Source: Flectonema sp. DT1601 (Eukaryota). From it: a stretch of DNA of 64,000 nt. The position numbers were made by a program, and so were the translations under genes. Each line of letters opens with the position of its first letter. Positions within the stretch are counted from its first letter, which is position 1. Below the pieces are notes generated by a model, which saw only the letters and a program-made list of their open reading frames with translations, made no database searches and was not told where the DNA came from. Of the stretch, positions 11,909 to 24,812 are shown in pieces. Location of the stretch: positions 992,001 to 1,056,000 of the forward strand of contig OZ025780.1 in assembly GCA_964019425.1 (NCBI GenBank), read 5' to 3'.

Positions 11909-12895
11909 ATGGCGTTCAGGCTTACCCGTCTGTTGCTAACCCGACGAGTTAGCTCCTTTCAGAAACTAACTCTCGATGGGATAATAAAAAATGAACATCC
12001 GACAAAAAACCATTTAATGGAAGTTGATTCTATTGTTGAGAAAGATGCGGATCTGAAATCTGATAAAAAAAGATTCATAGTAAGACTACATATACAATCA
12101 AGACTGGGTGATTGGACAGCATGTAAACAAACGATTTCTGATATGAAAAAGTATAAGATTAAAAGCAACACAGTCGTCCTGAATTCTGTGGCTATCGCAA
12201 TGAAGACTTCGGGAGAATGCCAAGACAAAATAGACGGCTTTCTGCAGAACTATCTCCACGGTAAGATCGATGATATTCTTCCAGACGCAAGCAGCATTGT
12301 AACAATCGTGTCTTGTGCTTCGAGTTTAAAAAATGCCACAGAATACGTTGAATACTACAAGAGTAGATACAAACAAATCCCTGATAAATTTGATATGAGA
12401 AGTGCCTTTATAAAAGTTTGTCTTTCAGACAAAAATTCATATTCGATGTTAAAGAAGATTGAGGATAGCAACCCCCGTAATCGTCGAGATCTTTTCAACA
12501 TTATTCAGTCATACGTGTTTTTAGAGAAGTATAGTGATGCGCTTTATTTGTGGGACAGGCTTGTGGATGTGAATCGTAAGAAACTTTCTCCAAAAGATAT
12601 CGAACTGCTGCTTTCGATCTTGACAGGATATCACAGCCGAAAAAAACCATTCGGTAAAGTATTGGAAAGAGTACGAAGTTATCTTCCCACGTTTAGAGCT
12701 GCTGCCTTTGCCCAGTTAGCAGCAATTGCCGTCAAAACTAACGACCGACAAGCTGTTGAAGAAGTTCATCGCTTGGCTAGAGTGATGAGAAAAGACTCGA
12801 GGACAGTTCTCCTGATACTGAATCCTTTTTATTCCAAATCAAGAAGAGCAAAAAACAATAAAAGAAAGCATCCGTTCTTTGAGATTCCATCCTAA
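11909..12895 (+). CDS. Putative mitochondrion-targeted helical-repeat (PPR-like) protein
   Basis: Arg/Leu-rich N-terminus MAFRLTRLLLTRR; PPR-like segments (ISDMKKYKIKSNTVVLNSV; ILPDASSIVTIV; FNIIQSYV..EKYSDALYLWDRL). Confidence 0.5.
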   Translation: MAFRLTRLLLTRRVSSFQKLTLDGIIKNEHPTKNHLMEVDSIVEKDADLKSDKKRFIVRLHIQSRLGDWTACKQTISDMKKYKIKSNTVVLNSVAIAMKTSGECQDKIDGFLQNYLHGKIDDILPDASSIVTIVSCASSLKNATEYVEYYKSRYKQIPDKFDMRSAFIKVCLSDKNSYSMLKKIEDSNPRNRRDLFNIIQSYVFLEKYSDALYLWDRLVDVNRKKLSPKDIELLLSILTGYHSRKKPFGKVLERVRSYLPTFRAAAFAQLAAIAVKTNDRQAVEEVHRLARVMRKDSRTVLLILNPFYSKSRRAKNNKRKHPFFEIPS

Positions 12896-12973
12896 CGAAT
12901 TAGAGAAGGTTTTATCCTTTAAAACACCTTGAAGGGTTCTTTATCTCTATCTTACATCAGACACACAAATATA

Positions 12974-14195
12974 ATGGGAAACCTTTGTCTTACCAGAGAG
13001 AAGGCATTTATAGGAGATAAGCTACCAGGATTGAGAGACTTTGAAGGAATGACTTACGAAGAAGGAGGAACACTTCTGAATACAAAACCTCCAACAGAGG
13101 TACTGACAACAATAAAGAAGATTGGGAAAGGAATGTTTGGTGAAGTGTGGGAAGCAGTCGATCGGAGAGATGGAACAAAAGTGGCCGTAAAAATTATTCA
13201 CATCACAAGTGAAGAACACGCAAACCTAATATCACTGGAGGTTGGAACTATGCTTCACTGTCAAGGACACCCTAATATTACTGAAGTATATGGTTTATAC
13301 ACAGACTCTGCATGGAGTGAACTTTGTATATTCGACGGACCCCGCATGTGGATCGTCCAACAGCTAATCGATCCTGGAGACGGCCCAGGCTCTCTATTCA
13401 ATCTCTTAACTGAGAAAAAAGAAAATAATAGAACCACTACCACTGATGATGTTATGGTGTGTTTTTTTAATGCTTCACAAGATAAACAGAATGGGAAAAA
13501 AAAAATCAAAATCAGGCTGTTATTAGAAAATGTGCGAGTGGCCTTTCTTACATGCACAGTAAGGGAGTCATCCACAGAGATATTAAACCTGAAAATATTA
13601 TGTTAGATGGCAACAATGAGATCAGGGTATGCAAACACATCATTGAAGAATGACACCTGAAAGTACAACCAACAAAAACAAACAACAACAGATAATAGAC
13701 TTTGGTAGTGCAATGTTTCTTCCTGAAGGAGTCGACCCTGTTAAACACGATGCTCTAGTAGGGTCATGGCCTTACATAGCTCCGGAATGCTATCGTGGGG
13801 AGTATGGGAGAGCAACAGATGTATTCGGTTTGGCATGTGTTGGTGTAGAATTGTGGTTAGGAAAGGATAAAGGTCCTCTTGAGTTAGTCATGTCAAGCGA
13901 TGGAGAAACACCACTCCTCTCTGAGAGAGCAGTTGACATAATGGAAGCTGAGGACGAGCAAGAACGATTGGAAGCGACAGCAAACTTAGTAGCAACAATG
14001 AAACAAGTGTTACTCAAAGAAGCTCGCTCTCGCTTAGACAAAAAAGCAGCTGCTTCAACTCTGGTCGAAAAACGAAAGGCAAAACGGGGACAAGCCAAGA
14101 AACTTAGCTCTTTATTACAATGCATGTTAGACACTTGTGGGTCTGAGAGACCATCTATGCAAGATGTTTATAATGACCTCGAAGCTCTTTCGTAG
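12974..14195 (+). CDS. Ser/Thr protein kinase, probable N-myristoylation (MGNLC); exons 12974-13456, 13516-13626, 13692-14195
   Basis: [21 protein letters not shown] (in the small middle exon), [12 protein letters not shown] and ERPS; both introns are phase-consistent. Confidence 0.92.
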
Positions 14196-15092
14196 TCTTA
14201 CGTCAGAAGGACTGTGACTAGACTACCCTTCAGAGAACGGTCGTGGTGACATCATGACAAGGTCAGACCTCCGGATTTCCCCCTTTATTTTTCAAGTCAC
14301 GTAACGCAATTGCCTCCTCTCATTTCTCCTCACCTGAAGCCAGCAGTTGGCCACAATTGAAACAAAAAAAAGGTCTTCGCTGTAGTCTACCTTTCTTTTG
14401 TTTGCTTCACATTCTCATCCTTCAGAAATTCATCTCCGATAATCCAAGAGCTTTTAAAGGTCTATTTGATATTCTCTTGTTACACTTGTTTTTGACACAA
14501 AGGTTTTTTTTGAGGCGAGTAATTACACCTCGCCTTAGGAAAGCCGAGCAACACCCAAACATTGAGAAAAGATTAGCTACTCATTTTTGTGAGTGTTGCT
14601 CTGATCTTCCCCTTCTTTCCTTCTTCTTCTTCTTCTCTTCTCTTCTTCTTTACACTAATTGCTATTCTGCCTTTGATGGTAAGTTACACCTGTATTGGGA
14701 AATTCTTAAGAGGGCTGTGTTTTGTTCATATTGGAGAACAAAAAAAAAAAAAAAAGGCACTGATTGCACACTTTAACTCAGTCTTGTTTTCTTCTATGAA
14801 CAAAAGAAAGAGGAAACCTGCATTTATAAAACGTATTGGTTTTTTGTTCTTGATTTTCCCTTTTCGCTCAATTACCTACGGTTCGATGTGAAATATTTCT
14901 TTGGTGAGGGAATATGAAATTGTGGACAACTGAAATCTACCCGATGAGATCTTGTTTTGATATTATGTTCACAAAATCTCATCATAGTTCATAAGTTTGA
15001 TTTGTATAACATTGTTTTTACAACAGGAGACCAAGTTGTCAAGTCCAGTATTTGTTTTGTTTTGTTTTGTAATTGAACTTGGATTGGAACTC

Positions 15093-15525
15093 ATGACTTC
15101 AATGTTATCAAGCGCTGATGTGCATGAACCATCAGAGGTGTGCAATTTAATTTTGATTTCGTGTTTTATCTTCTTTGCCAAAAAAAAAAAACATCACAGT
15201 CCATGATGCTCCACACAGAGCAGGCTTTCAGTGAGCGAGTCAGCTCTTGTGCATCACGGGCTTTGAAGGGAGGGACAGATTACGATTCTTGGGCAGAGAA
15301 ATGGTCATCAGACCATGGAAGATTTTACTGGTGGGACACAACGGCAAATGAACCTTCTTCGTGGACGTTACAGAGAGATTCACAGCAAATGGTTTGTTCT
15401 TTTCATCTTAAACACTACTGCTTTATTGTTTCTTCATGTCAATACAAACACAGATTCGCAGAATGGGTGTAGGGGGTGAGTATCGACAAGGACCCTCATC
15501 AACAACAAGGATGTATGTGCCGTGA
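15093..15525 (+). CDS. Small WW-domain-like protein; exons 15093-15137, 15200-15391, 15454-15525
   Basis: WAEKWSSDHGRFYWWDTTANEPSSW resembles the WW consensus; two GT-AG introns keep the frame. Confidence 0.55.
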
Positions 15526-15688
15526 CCGGGCTGCTTGAGTGAATTGTTCTATAAATCACAGATGTAACCCGGCCTTCAGGCATGTTGTCTTATGAAGACA
15601 ATTTGTATCGGTTTCGACGTTGCTGCTGCATTGTGTCTATGTCAAACAACACACAATTCTTCTTCCAGCTAAAAAAACATGAAAAAAC

Positions 15689-15770
15689 TGACGAGAGTGG
15701 GGTTTGAACCCACGCCTCCGAAGAGATTGCGGCCTTAACGCAACGCCTTAGACCGCTCGGCCATCTCGCC
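15689..15770 (-). tRNA. tRNA-Leu(AAG)
   Basis: GGCGAGATGGCCGAGCGGTCTAAGGCG-TTGCG-TTAAGGC-CGCAA-long variable arm-GTGGGTTCAAACCCCAC-TCTCGTCA, followed by a T-run terminator. Confidence 0.97.
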
Positions 15771-15943
15771 CTGCTTCACTTTTGCGATTTTTATTTATTC
15801 AGGAGGGACTTCTTAAAGAAGTTTTTTTTTGGCGTTTTTGTTAGTTTAAATGGTGTTTGTCTTTACAGTTGACAATGTGTTTTATAAAAAGCTGTTACGG
15901 TAACATAGGCAAGCGCTCAACTACACTATGCTCAACTACAGTA

Positions 15944-16054
15944 TTTTTTGCATTAACAAGTATTGTAAGAACGAAAAAGAATGCTGGCAGCACGTAAACC
16001 TTCTTTAGCTTTATCAGTTTAGTCGGTTCACGGGTTTCGTGCACAAACAAAAAA
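15944..16054 (+). repeat. Dispersed repeat family A (other copies 26195-26284, 31063-31175, 40191-40306, degenerate 40710-40795)
   Basis: Shared core ...AACAAGTATTGTAAGAAC...CYTTTAGCTTTATCAGTTTAAGTCGGTTCACGGGTTTCGTG-ACA in all copies, all in the same orientation. Confidence 0.9.
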
Positions 16055-16258
16055 TTGCAGTCATTCACACCCGCTGACAGACAAGATTGTCGGAGAGATT
16101 GTTCCCAGCTTAGGAGGGCAGTATCAAATTACCCCCTTTGGTGCAAATAAGACCAGCCGTTACCCTGGAAAGCTGCACTCTTTTGTATGCATGTCTGGTG
16201 GAGACAGGGTGATCTCTTCTCTTGATCAGACCGTTAAGAATGTCTGACCCAAAAAAAC

Positions 16259-16340
16259 TGACGAGAGTGGGGTTTGAACCCACGCCTCCGAAGAGATTGC
16301 GGCCTTAACGCAACGCCTTAGACCGCTCGGCCATCTCGCC
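16259..16340 (-). tRNA. tRNA-Leu(AAG), identical second copy
   Basis: Same 82-nt sequence as 15689-15770, with a T-run terminator. Confidence 0.97.
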
Positions 16341-16796
16341 ATGCTGCACTTTTGCGTTTTTCACTTCGTGTTTATTCATGTTACCATAAAATAATTTTCT
16401 CAGGGTTTTATTGACATTCTGCTTTGCTTTTTTTTTCCCCTTTGAAGCTAAAAAAAGTGATCCTCTTAGGGATCAGGTTCGACTAATGTCTTAGTATTGG
16501 GGACTCACAGGTAACTTGTCGTGCGGTTTGACGGGCAGGATGACTGCAAGTACAACTGTTGGTATTTTTACATAGCAACAAACCTTAATTAGTTTTAGAC
16601 AGTTCCAAGTTGCTTTGTGTTTACGGTATCGAGTTATTTCCCCTTTTGGAGCCTACAATTATATATTATGGGTTTCAAAACCTGTCTTTTTGCTACGAAG
16701 TTATTTCCATTCGAATCTGCAGCATTAGGTTTTCGAGCATCAGCATTTCTCAAAGTGAATCACCCACTCTTATCTACAGGACGGAGTGGCTGAAAA

Positions 16797-19700
16797 ATGG
16801 AAAAGTATGAAAAAATAAAGGTCGTTGGAAAAGGCTCTTTCGGAGCTGCGTGGTTGGTGCGGCGGCGCGGGGATGGTAAGCAGCTAATCGCAAAAGAGAT
16901 TCAAGTTGGTGGAATGAAGCCGAGGGAAAAAGAAGAAGCAAGGAACGAGGTGAAGCTACTTTCACAACTGAGACATCCAAACATAACACAATATCACGAT
17001 AGTTTTGAGCATACGTATTCTCTGTTCATCGTAATGGAGTTTGCAGATGGTGGTGACATGAGCGGAAAGATAAGAAGTCAGAAAGGTATTCGTATGAAGG
17101 AGTCTACTGTAATGCATTACTTTACTCAAATATGTTTAGCTCTTAATTACTTACATGAAAGACATATTCTACATCGTGATCTAAAATGTCAAAATGTGTT
17201 CCTCACATCTAACGGGGTCGTAAAACTCGGCGATTTCGGAATTGCTACCGTCCTCCGCAACACCATGGCTCTTGCTCACACGGTGTGCGGTACTCCATAC
17301 TACTTCTCTCCTGAACTATGTCAAAATAAGCCTTATAATAATAAAAGTGATATATGGGCTCTTGGGTGTGTATTGTACGAAGTTACTACTCTACAGCATG
17401 CATTCGAAGGTCAGAATATGAAAATATTAATGCAAAAGATTATAAAGGGAGTATACCCACCCATCAGTCGGGAGTATTCATCAAATTTACGAACACTTAT
17501 TAGCAGGATGCTTTCTAGGGAAACACGTGACAGGCCTTCTATCAATACTATACTGCAAATACCTTACGTCGAGGGCTATATTTGCACTCTGAGTAAAATA
17601 CTTGGTCAGGGTATCAGCGAGAAGAAATCAATGGTAACTGATGAGGTAAAAACTGCTGCGAGAATAGAAGCCCAAGGAAGAATAAATGCTCGTCATGAAC
17701 AAGACGAACGACAAGCAAAAGCAGAAATGTTAGATCACATGAATAGAGAGAAACATCGTGCAGACAGCCGAGACTTAGAAGGTCGAATGGAAAAAATGCG
17801 ATTAGAACAAAAGGCACGTCTCCGTGAGAATCACCGAAAAGAAATCGAATTGGAGAGACACAGACTCGACCGCCTGCGTGAGATAGAAAAGCGTGAAGAA
17901 GTAGAGGTATGACTTCACTGAACACTTTCACAATGTTAAAAACATATCCCTTTCAACTCCCTTCATGATTATATTCTTAACATAAAACAGAAGGAGAAAC
18001 GTCGCTATCAACGAGAAGAAGAACTTGAAAAATGGAGAGAAAGGAAGCGTGTAGAAGCGAAGGAAGATGCTATTCGGGAAGAGAGGAGGCGCGTAGAGAA
18101 TGCCAGAAAAGAACAGGTTTGTTATTCATTATGGTTTCCATGACGGCGTTCACCAATAGCTCCATGACGACTTGCTGAAGTGAGCTTATCTCAAACACCA
18201 TAAAACTTAAATTAAACAGCGTTGGAATGAACAAATGAAGGAGATGGCAGCCGATGAACAACGAAGGCGAGAAGCCCGCGATCGTGAAAGTGAAGAGCGG
18301 GTGAAAGCGGCAGGCAAGGCATACTGGGAAATGCGAAACGCTGCTGAGCAAAATAAAAAGCGCTTAGAAAAAGCCAGGGTAGAAGAAGCTCAGGCTGACC
18401 TTCCTGTCCAAGCAGACGTTGGTACTCCCCACAGAGAAAAGAAAGAGCGTAAAATGTCTGAACAGCAACTGCACCAGATGCATAGGGACGCGTATCTTGA
18501 TATGAAGCGTGAGGCGGCGAGAAATAAAGCCAGACTGCTCGATGGTGGCGGAAGTGATGATGCGAATTACGTCGCCGAGAAGAAGAATTCACCCCCCGCA
18601 CATCATCAGTCTCCTCAACGTGAAAAGCCGCCCGTGTCACCCCAACGTGAACGGCCACCTGTTTCACCCCAACGTGAGCGGCCACCTGTGTCACCGGTGA
18701 GAGAGAAACACTCTCCAGAGCCTTCTGATGAAGAGAGAAAACAAGCATATCTCGAAATGAGAAGGGAGGCTAAGAGAAATAAAGCTCGCCTTGAGGCTGA
18801 CTTACGTGGTGAGGCAGACAGTTCTCCAGCGACTCCCGAACCCAGCAATCCTTCTCAAACTCCAAAAGACCTTTCTCCGAAGAGCAACCCGCCAAGTCGC
18901 CCTGTGTCTGCCCCTCGATCGGAACCAAGAGAACGGCAACAAGTGGAACGCCCTCCTGAGCGTCAAAACTCACCATTCGATAAAGTCTTAGTAAAAGAGT
19001 GCCAAGAGGTGTGTTTTAGTAATCCTGTTCTCTTTTATTATTACCTACATTGGTACCTCTGCGACACCTCTGCGTGATCATCCTATTGATATGTAGTACA
19101 GCACGAGACTATAATAATTTCCCTTCTACTTCGGTAGAGGTTCTTCAAGTCTTATTGCCTAACCTAACAGTCAAAGACCGTGTTCTATCGAAAGCTACTA
19201 ATGTAGTGGATTCCCTTGTTGTGTTGCTGTACTTCAAGGGGGTTCTTCATTTCTTGGGTTTGCTATCGCTTCTATCTCATGATGAAGGGATACATTAATG
19301 ACATCCTCATGATGAAGGGATACATTAATGACATCCTCATGATGAAGGGATACATTAATGACATCCTCATGATGAAGGGATACATTAATGACATCCTCAT
19401 GATGAAGGGATACATTAATGACATCCTCATGATGAAGGGATACATTAATGACATCCTCATGATGAAGGGATACATTAATGACATCCTCATGATGAAGGGA
19501 TACATTAATGACATCCTCATGATGAAGGGATACATTAATGACATCCTCATGATGAAGGGATACATTAATGACATCCTCATGATGAAGGGATACATTAATG
19601 ACATCCTCATGATGAAGGGATACATTAATGACATCCTCATGATGAAGGGATACATTAATGACATCCTCATGATGAAGGGATACATTAATGACATCCTCAT

Positions 19701-21722
19701 GATGAAGGGATACATTAATGACATCCTCATGATGAAGGGATACATTAATGACATCCTCATGATGAAGGGATACATTGATGACATCCTCATGATGAAGGGA
19801 TACATTAATGACATCCTCATGATGAAGGGATACATTAATGACATCCTCATGATGAAGGGATACATTAATGACATCCTCATGATGAAGGGATACATTAATG
19901 ACATCCTCATGATGAAGGGATACATTAATGACATCCTCATGATGAAGGGATACATTAATGACATCCTCATGATGAAGGGATACATTAATGACATCCTCAT
20001 GATGAAGGGATACATTAATGACATCCTCATGATGAAGGGATACATTAATGACATCCTCATGATGAAGGGATACATTAATGACATCCTCATGATGAAGGGA
20101 TACATTAATGACATCCTCATGATGAAGGGATACATTAATGACATCCTCATGATGAAGGGATACATTAATGACATCCTCATGATGAAGGGATACATTAATG
20201 ACATCCTCATGATGAAGGGATACATTAATGACATCCTCATGATGAAGGGATACATTAATGACATCCTCATGATGAAGGGATACATTAATGACATCCTCAT
20301 GATGAAGGGATACATTGATGACATCCTCATGATGAAGGGATACATTAATGACATCCTCATGATGAAGGGATACATTAATGACATCCTCATGATGAAGGGA
20401 TACATTAATGACATCCTCATGATGAAGGGATACATTAATGACATCCTCATGATGAAGGGATACATTAATGACATCCTCATGATGAAGGGATACATTAATG
20501 ACATCCTCATGATGAAGGGATACATTAATGACATCCTCATGATGAAGGGATACATTAATGACATCCTCATGATGAAGGGATACATTAATGACATCCTCAT
20601 GATGAAGGGATACATTGATGACATCCTCATGATGAAGGGATACATTAATGACATCCTCATGATGAAGGGATACATTAATGACATCCTCATGATGAAGGGA
20701 TACATTGATGACATCCTCATGATGAAGGGATACATTAATGACATCCTCATGATGAAGGGATACATTAATGACATCCTCATGATGAAGGGATACATTAATG
20801 ACATCCTCATGATGAAGGGATACATTAATGACATCCTCATGATGAAGGGATACATTAATGACATCCTCATGATGAAGGGATACATTAATGACATCCTCAT
20901 GATGAAGGGATACATTAATGACATCCTCCATCAGAAGCCGCAGAGAGTGAGTTTCACAATACTTGTGAGGGTTCAGAATACAGCAAAATCTTCTCCGTTT
21001 AGTTTCATGCTTTGATAACATTTTGTGCATTCCCATACTTCTGATCTCTCTTCATCTGCTGAGGGGAGGATGCTAAGACACAAATCCAAAAATAATAAAA
21101 CAGGAGGACAATATTGATCTTGATCAATGGGTTAACTGTGAAGTCATTGCGTCTCAAGAATTGGCTGATGAAGAGTGGGAAGGTGATTACAAGGTATGTT
21201 TTTTTTTTATCTTATTAAGTTTTTCAAAAACCTTTCACATCTAACGAAATTAATTTTCAAACAGGGAATCGTTGAACACATTGAAGCAATTAGATGTGAC
21301 GTAAAAGGTTCATTCCGAGCAGAGGAAGAGTTCTGTGATGCTAATCAGGGAGAGGATGAATTTTCGATGAGTAAATTTGTTCTTGATGGAAGGACTTTCA
21401 ATCTTCCGAATGTAAAGGCCAGTGATCCTTTAATGTATAGAATTGAAGCATTAAGAATGTTTCTTAGCGAGGAGTTGGGTGAATCTAACTTTGTAGTCGT
21501 TTACAGAAAATTAGATTCCATCTCTGAAGATGATTCTGAAATTGTCATGCAAGAAGTCAAAGATATCCTAAATGAAAAAACACCAATGCTTCAGGTATGT
21601 CTTTTATATATAATTAGGTGTCGCTCAAAGTAACAATCCAAACGACTACTTATAAACAGCTCGTTACACAACTCATATTCTGTGAAGACCAGTTTAATGT
21701 CCAGCAGAACAAGCCTCCGTGA
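16797..21722 (+). CDS. NIMA-related kinase, NEK1-like; exons 16797-17906, 17991-18116, 18220-19008, 21104-21193, 21265-21594, 21660-21722
   Basis: MEKYEKIKVVGKGSFG, HRDLKCQNVFL, KLGDFGIA, GTPYYFSPELCQNKPYNNKSDIWALGC; charged coiled-coil; NEK1-type C-terminal RIEALRMFLSEELG..F..VY; five phase-0 introns. Confidence 0.92.
19276..20928. repeat. 30-bp minisatellite, 55 tandem copies of CTCATGATGAAGGGATACATTAATGACATC, inside NEK intron 19009-21103
   Basis: Directly visible perfect periodicity; the only variant is A>G at 19777, 20317, 20617 and 20707. Confidence 0.99.
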
Positions 21723-22744
21723 TCTGATTCTGTGTAAACTGTTTAAGTTCATAATTAGGATGGGACAGGCGCTGGTAGTAATGAACATAGCAACAGCGCC
21801 GGAAGGCGTTGGGTGGATGGGGTGGGGTACTTCACGGTAGTATATTTGAAGTTTTTTTTCCCACCAAAAACTTTTTTTTTCTTTTCTCACAGTAAATCAG
21901 GAAATCTATTCTGTACTCCCACAAACACATACCTTGTGCCATTTTTACTTGTATAAGTTACTTCAGGTTTTTTTTTGCAGTACTGCGCTGCTGTAGTTTT
22001 GTTTTTTATGTTTCGTTTTATTTACTTTACTCGTGCGAAGGAAAAAAAAAAAAAAGTTAAAGTACCTCATTGTTATGTAGTGTTCAACTGCCAAAGAAGT
22101 AAAGGACAAACTTTATTATGAGCTGTCACTGTGGTGTTAATCGCTGCAGCAAAAATCATATCCCCTGCTTGTGGAAAAAAAAACAGTTGATAATTGAAAG
22201 TGATGGTTTTTATTACACTTTGAGGCTTAATTTTGTGAGGGGAGGTTTTTACCTCTCTTTAGATTACGATAATTTCTTTTTTTTTTTTTTTTTTTTTTGT
22301 TTCTGCTAACATTATTATCTGTTTCATTCTGCTAAAATTTCTCTCTTTTGTGTTGGGGGGGGTCGGGTTGTTGTTTGCCCTCCCCTTTCCCCGTTTTAAT
22401 AATTTCTTATATTGTGGAAAATCAAATGCCTGTCATCTCTCAGATGAGACACCAGCACTACAGCTGCAGGCTGCGAATAGAATACAAAACAAAACAAACA
22501 AAGGAGATAACTTCCGACAGGTTCTTTTTTTTTTTCCCTTTTTTCTTTCTGTCTTTGATAATGGCTATCGTAACAAGTTGCTAAATCACTACTGTGTGAC
22601 TCTTTCAGGTCTACCCTCTCCGCTTTAAAAATCTGCAGCATTTCCGCTGTATAACTTAGTACCCTTAAGGGGGTTGTTAAGGGAAGTTTCAATGTGAGTA
22701 TATTTATTGTTTCAAGTTGGGTAGGTATCACATAAAGCGGAACA

Positions 22745-24061
22745 ATGTCAGGTCGTCTGTTTGCAATGTCCCGACAGAACCAGGACTTGATAATGGGAAC
22801 GGTAAAGGGTTGGAAGTCAGCTAGTAAGAAGCTAAGTGCGAATATAATAATAAATATCGAAGTTAGGTTAAGAGAAAATGATGAATCACTGCAACCAATA
22901 TCAATAGTTGTTCCCAGAGTAGCTACCCTGGCTGACTGTCATCGTTCTGCTGTTGAAGAAGTCTTACCGCAGCTGTCAGCTGTTCGGGAAGAGAGGAAAT
23001 CAGGTGTTTTTGATGTTGTTAAGAATTTAGTTTTTACATTTATGTCGGATACGGGACAATTATGTCTTGAGCCCCCACCAATTACTCCAACTGAACTCGT
23101 GCTCCCTCTTATTAGGGAGGCTTCTCCTCTAAAACTTGTCCTTACTTTGTCAACTGCTTTTATTAAACTAGAATCTTCCATCACCACAGAGTGTGTGAGG
23201 AGAGGTATTCTTTACTCAAAGCAGTCTGATAGATGGAATGTTATTATACGGTGTGTGATTGATTCTCAATTATATGTTTTTTGTGATGTCCGTATTATAA
23301 AACTAAACTACACACAGCTACTTAGAAACTCAATACCTTCGATGTTGCCGAGCAGAAGATATGAGAATTCAACTTGAAGTGTCTAAACGTACAACGATTG
23401 CTGATGAGGTTGGGTGTCGTCTAAAGATGGAAGGAGTTCAAGTAAAGGAAAGGGATGGACTGGCAGTCGTGTTTAAAGAAAAACTTCTTACCTATGAGAT
23501 ACAGTACGCAAATAGTACAAAACGGACATTGGAACTGCGTCGGGTCTTACGAAATGATATCGAAACACAGACTGCTCTCCATAACGGCATAGAATGCATC
23601 CAAGAACGATTGTCCGAATTTCCACTTCTTCAAAAGATTTTTCAGGTTCCTCCAAGAGGAAACGTCTTCGACCCTGCCAACTCAGGTGAGCGAATTTTTT
23701 TAAAATCTGCTGTTCCGAAATCTGAACCTCCTACTCAGTTGCCCTCTCTTTGGCTTCGTACTTTTCCTCAAATAGAAGACCTAGCTTTATTGACTTCTAT
23801 TGATAATGAATCAGGTCCACCTTACAAAGCTGGTGCACCAGATGGTCTTATTACAAGCTCTGCACCTGTAGTAACTACGAAGAGGAAAACTATGAAACCA
23901 GTTTTGTCGAAAGGGTTTTTGACAGGTATTGATAGGAAGTGCTTCCGTATGTTTATTTTTTGGTACAAAAAAAAAAAAGAAATTGTTTTTTTTTTTCACA
24001 AACAGAAAATCTCGTGGCGAGTTTGCAACCTCCTCGTCGACAGGTTGGAGTTGGTGGGTAG
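22745..24061 (+). CDS. Hypothetical protein; exons 22745-23250, 23318-23946, 24006-24061
   Basis: Two overlapping ORFs are joined in phase by GT-AG introns 23251-23317 and 23947-24005; no family recognised. Confidence 0.6.
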
Positions 24062-24268
24062 TTGGATTGTTTATTTTATGTGATGGTTCGGTTTTTTACA
24101 CACTTCTGATATTTTAATCGTAGTTTACACTGCGTAACTGGTCTTTGTTTTGTTTTAGTTTGGTTGCGTACTTTCTTAATTCAATTGTTGAATTTTTCAA
24201 ATTTAAAAAAAAACATCAAAACTACTTCTCTTCACCAGTTACGTCAATCCGCAAATAATTAAAACACG

Positions 24269-24772
24269 ATGCCAATCGCCGCTCAAAGCTCGAGTGTTCC
24301 ATCAAAATTCCTTTCAGAATTCACGACATTGCTAGTTGGTGTTTGTGAAATGAATGAGAAAAAGAGAAGAGTGCAGTCAAAGTCAGTGTTTGACTGCAAG
24401 ACGGGTATTCCATCTTTGCCTGTATATCAGTACTTAATGAGGCTTGTTAAGGGAGCCAGAGGATCTGCAGAACTCTTTGTTGCGGTTCTCATCTACATAA
24501 ACAGACTTGACAAGTGTGCTGGTATTGATCTTACATCTAGGAACTGTCATAGATTAATACTGACTACTTTTATTATAGCTGCAAAGGCAAATGAAGACTT
24601 TGTTTTTAGCAACACGTACTATGCTCAGGTTGGAGGTGTTAGTCTTGAAGATCTCAATGAAATGGAAGTTTTTTTTCTCAATTCAGTTGACTGGAACGTC
24701 TCGACTACCGTCGAGTACCCTCTTTATGCCGAAAAGCTTCTTACTGGTTGTGAGTTAAAGAGGATATGCTGA
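24269..24772 (+). CDS. PHO80/PREG-like (cyclin U/P-type) cyclin
   Basis: PSLPVYQYLMRL...LIYINRL...NCHRLILTTFIIAAKANEDFVFSNTYYAQVGGVSLEDLNEMEVFFL. Confidence 0.92.
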   Translation: MPIAAQSSSVPSKFLSEFTTLLVGVCEMNEKKRRVQSKSVFDCKTGIPSLPVYQYLMRLVKGARGSAELFVAVLIYINRLDKCAGIDLTSRNCHRLILTTFIIAAKANEDFVFSNTYYAQVGGVSLEDLNEMEVFFLNSVDWNVSTTVEYPLYAEKLLTGCELKRIC

Positions 24773-24781
24773 ACCACTTGG

Positions 24782-24812
<31 letters not shown>

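Noticed and set aside
16163..16246. ingi/L1Tc-type HDV-like ribozyme signature (CCCTGG...CAGGGT)
   Set aside because: Lacks the CCACCTC..GTGG P3/L3 core and the catalytic J4/2 C.
19276..20928. CRISPR array or tandem box C/D snoRNAs (unit contains ATGATGA)
   Set aside because: No unique spacers, no cas genes, eukaryotic context, and no CTGA D box in the unit.
19216..21036. 599-, 600- and 550-aa repeat ORFs
   Set aside because: By-products of a stop-poor 30-bp repeat open in three frames inside an intron whose flanking NEK exons join in frame.
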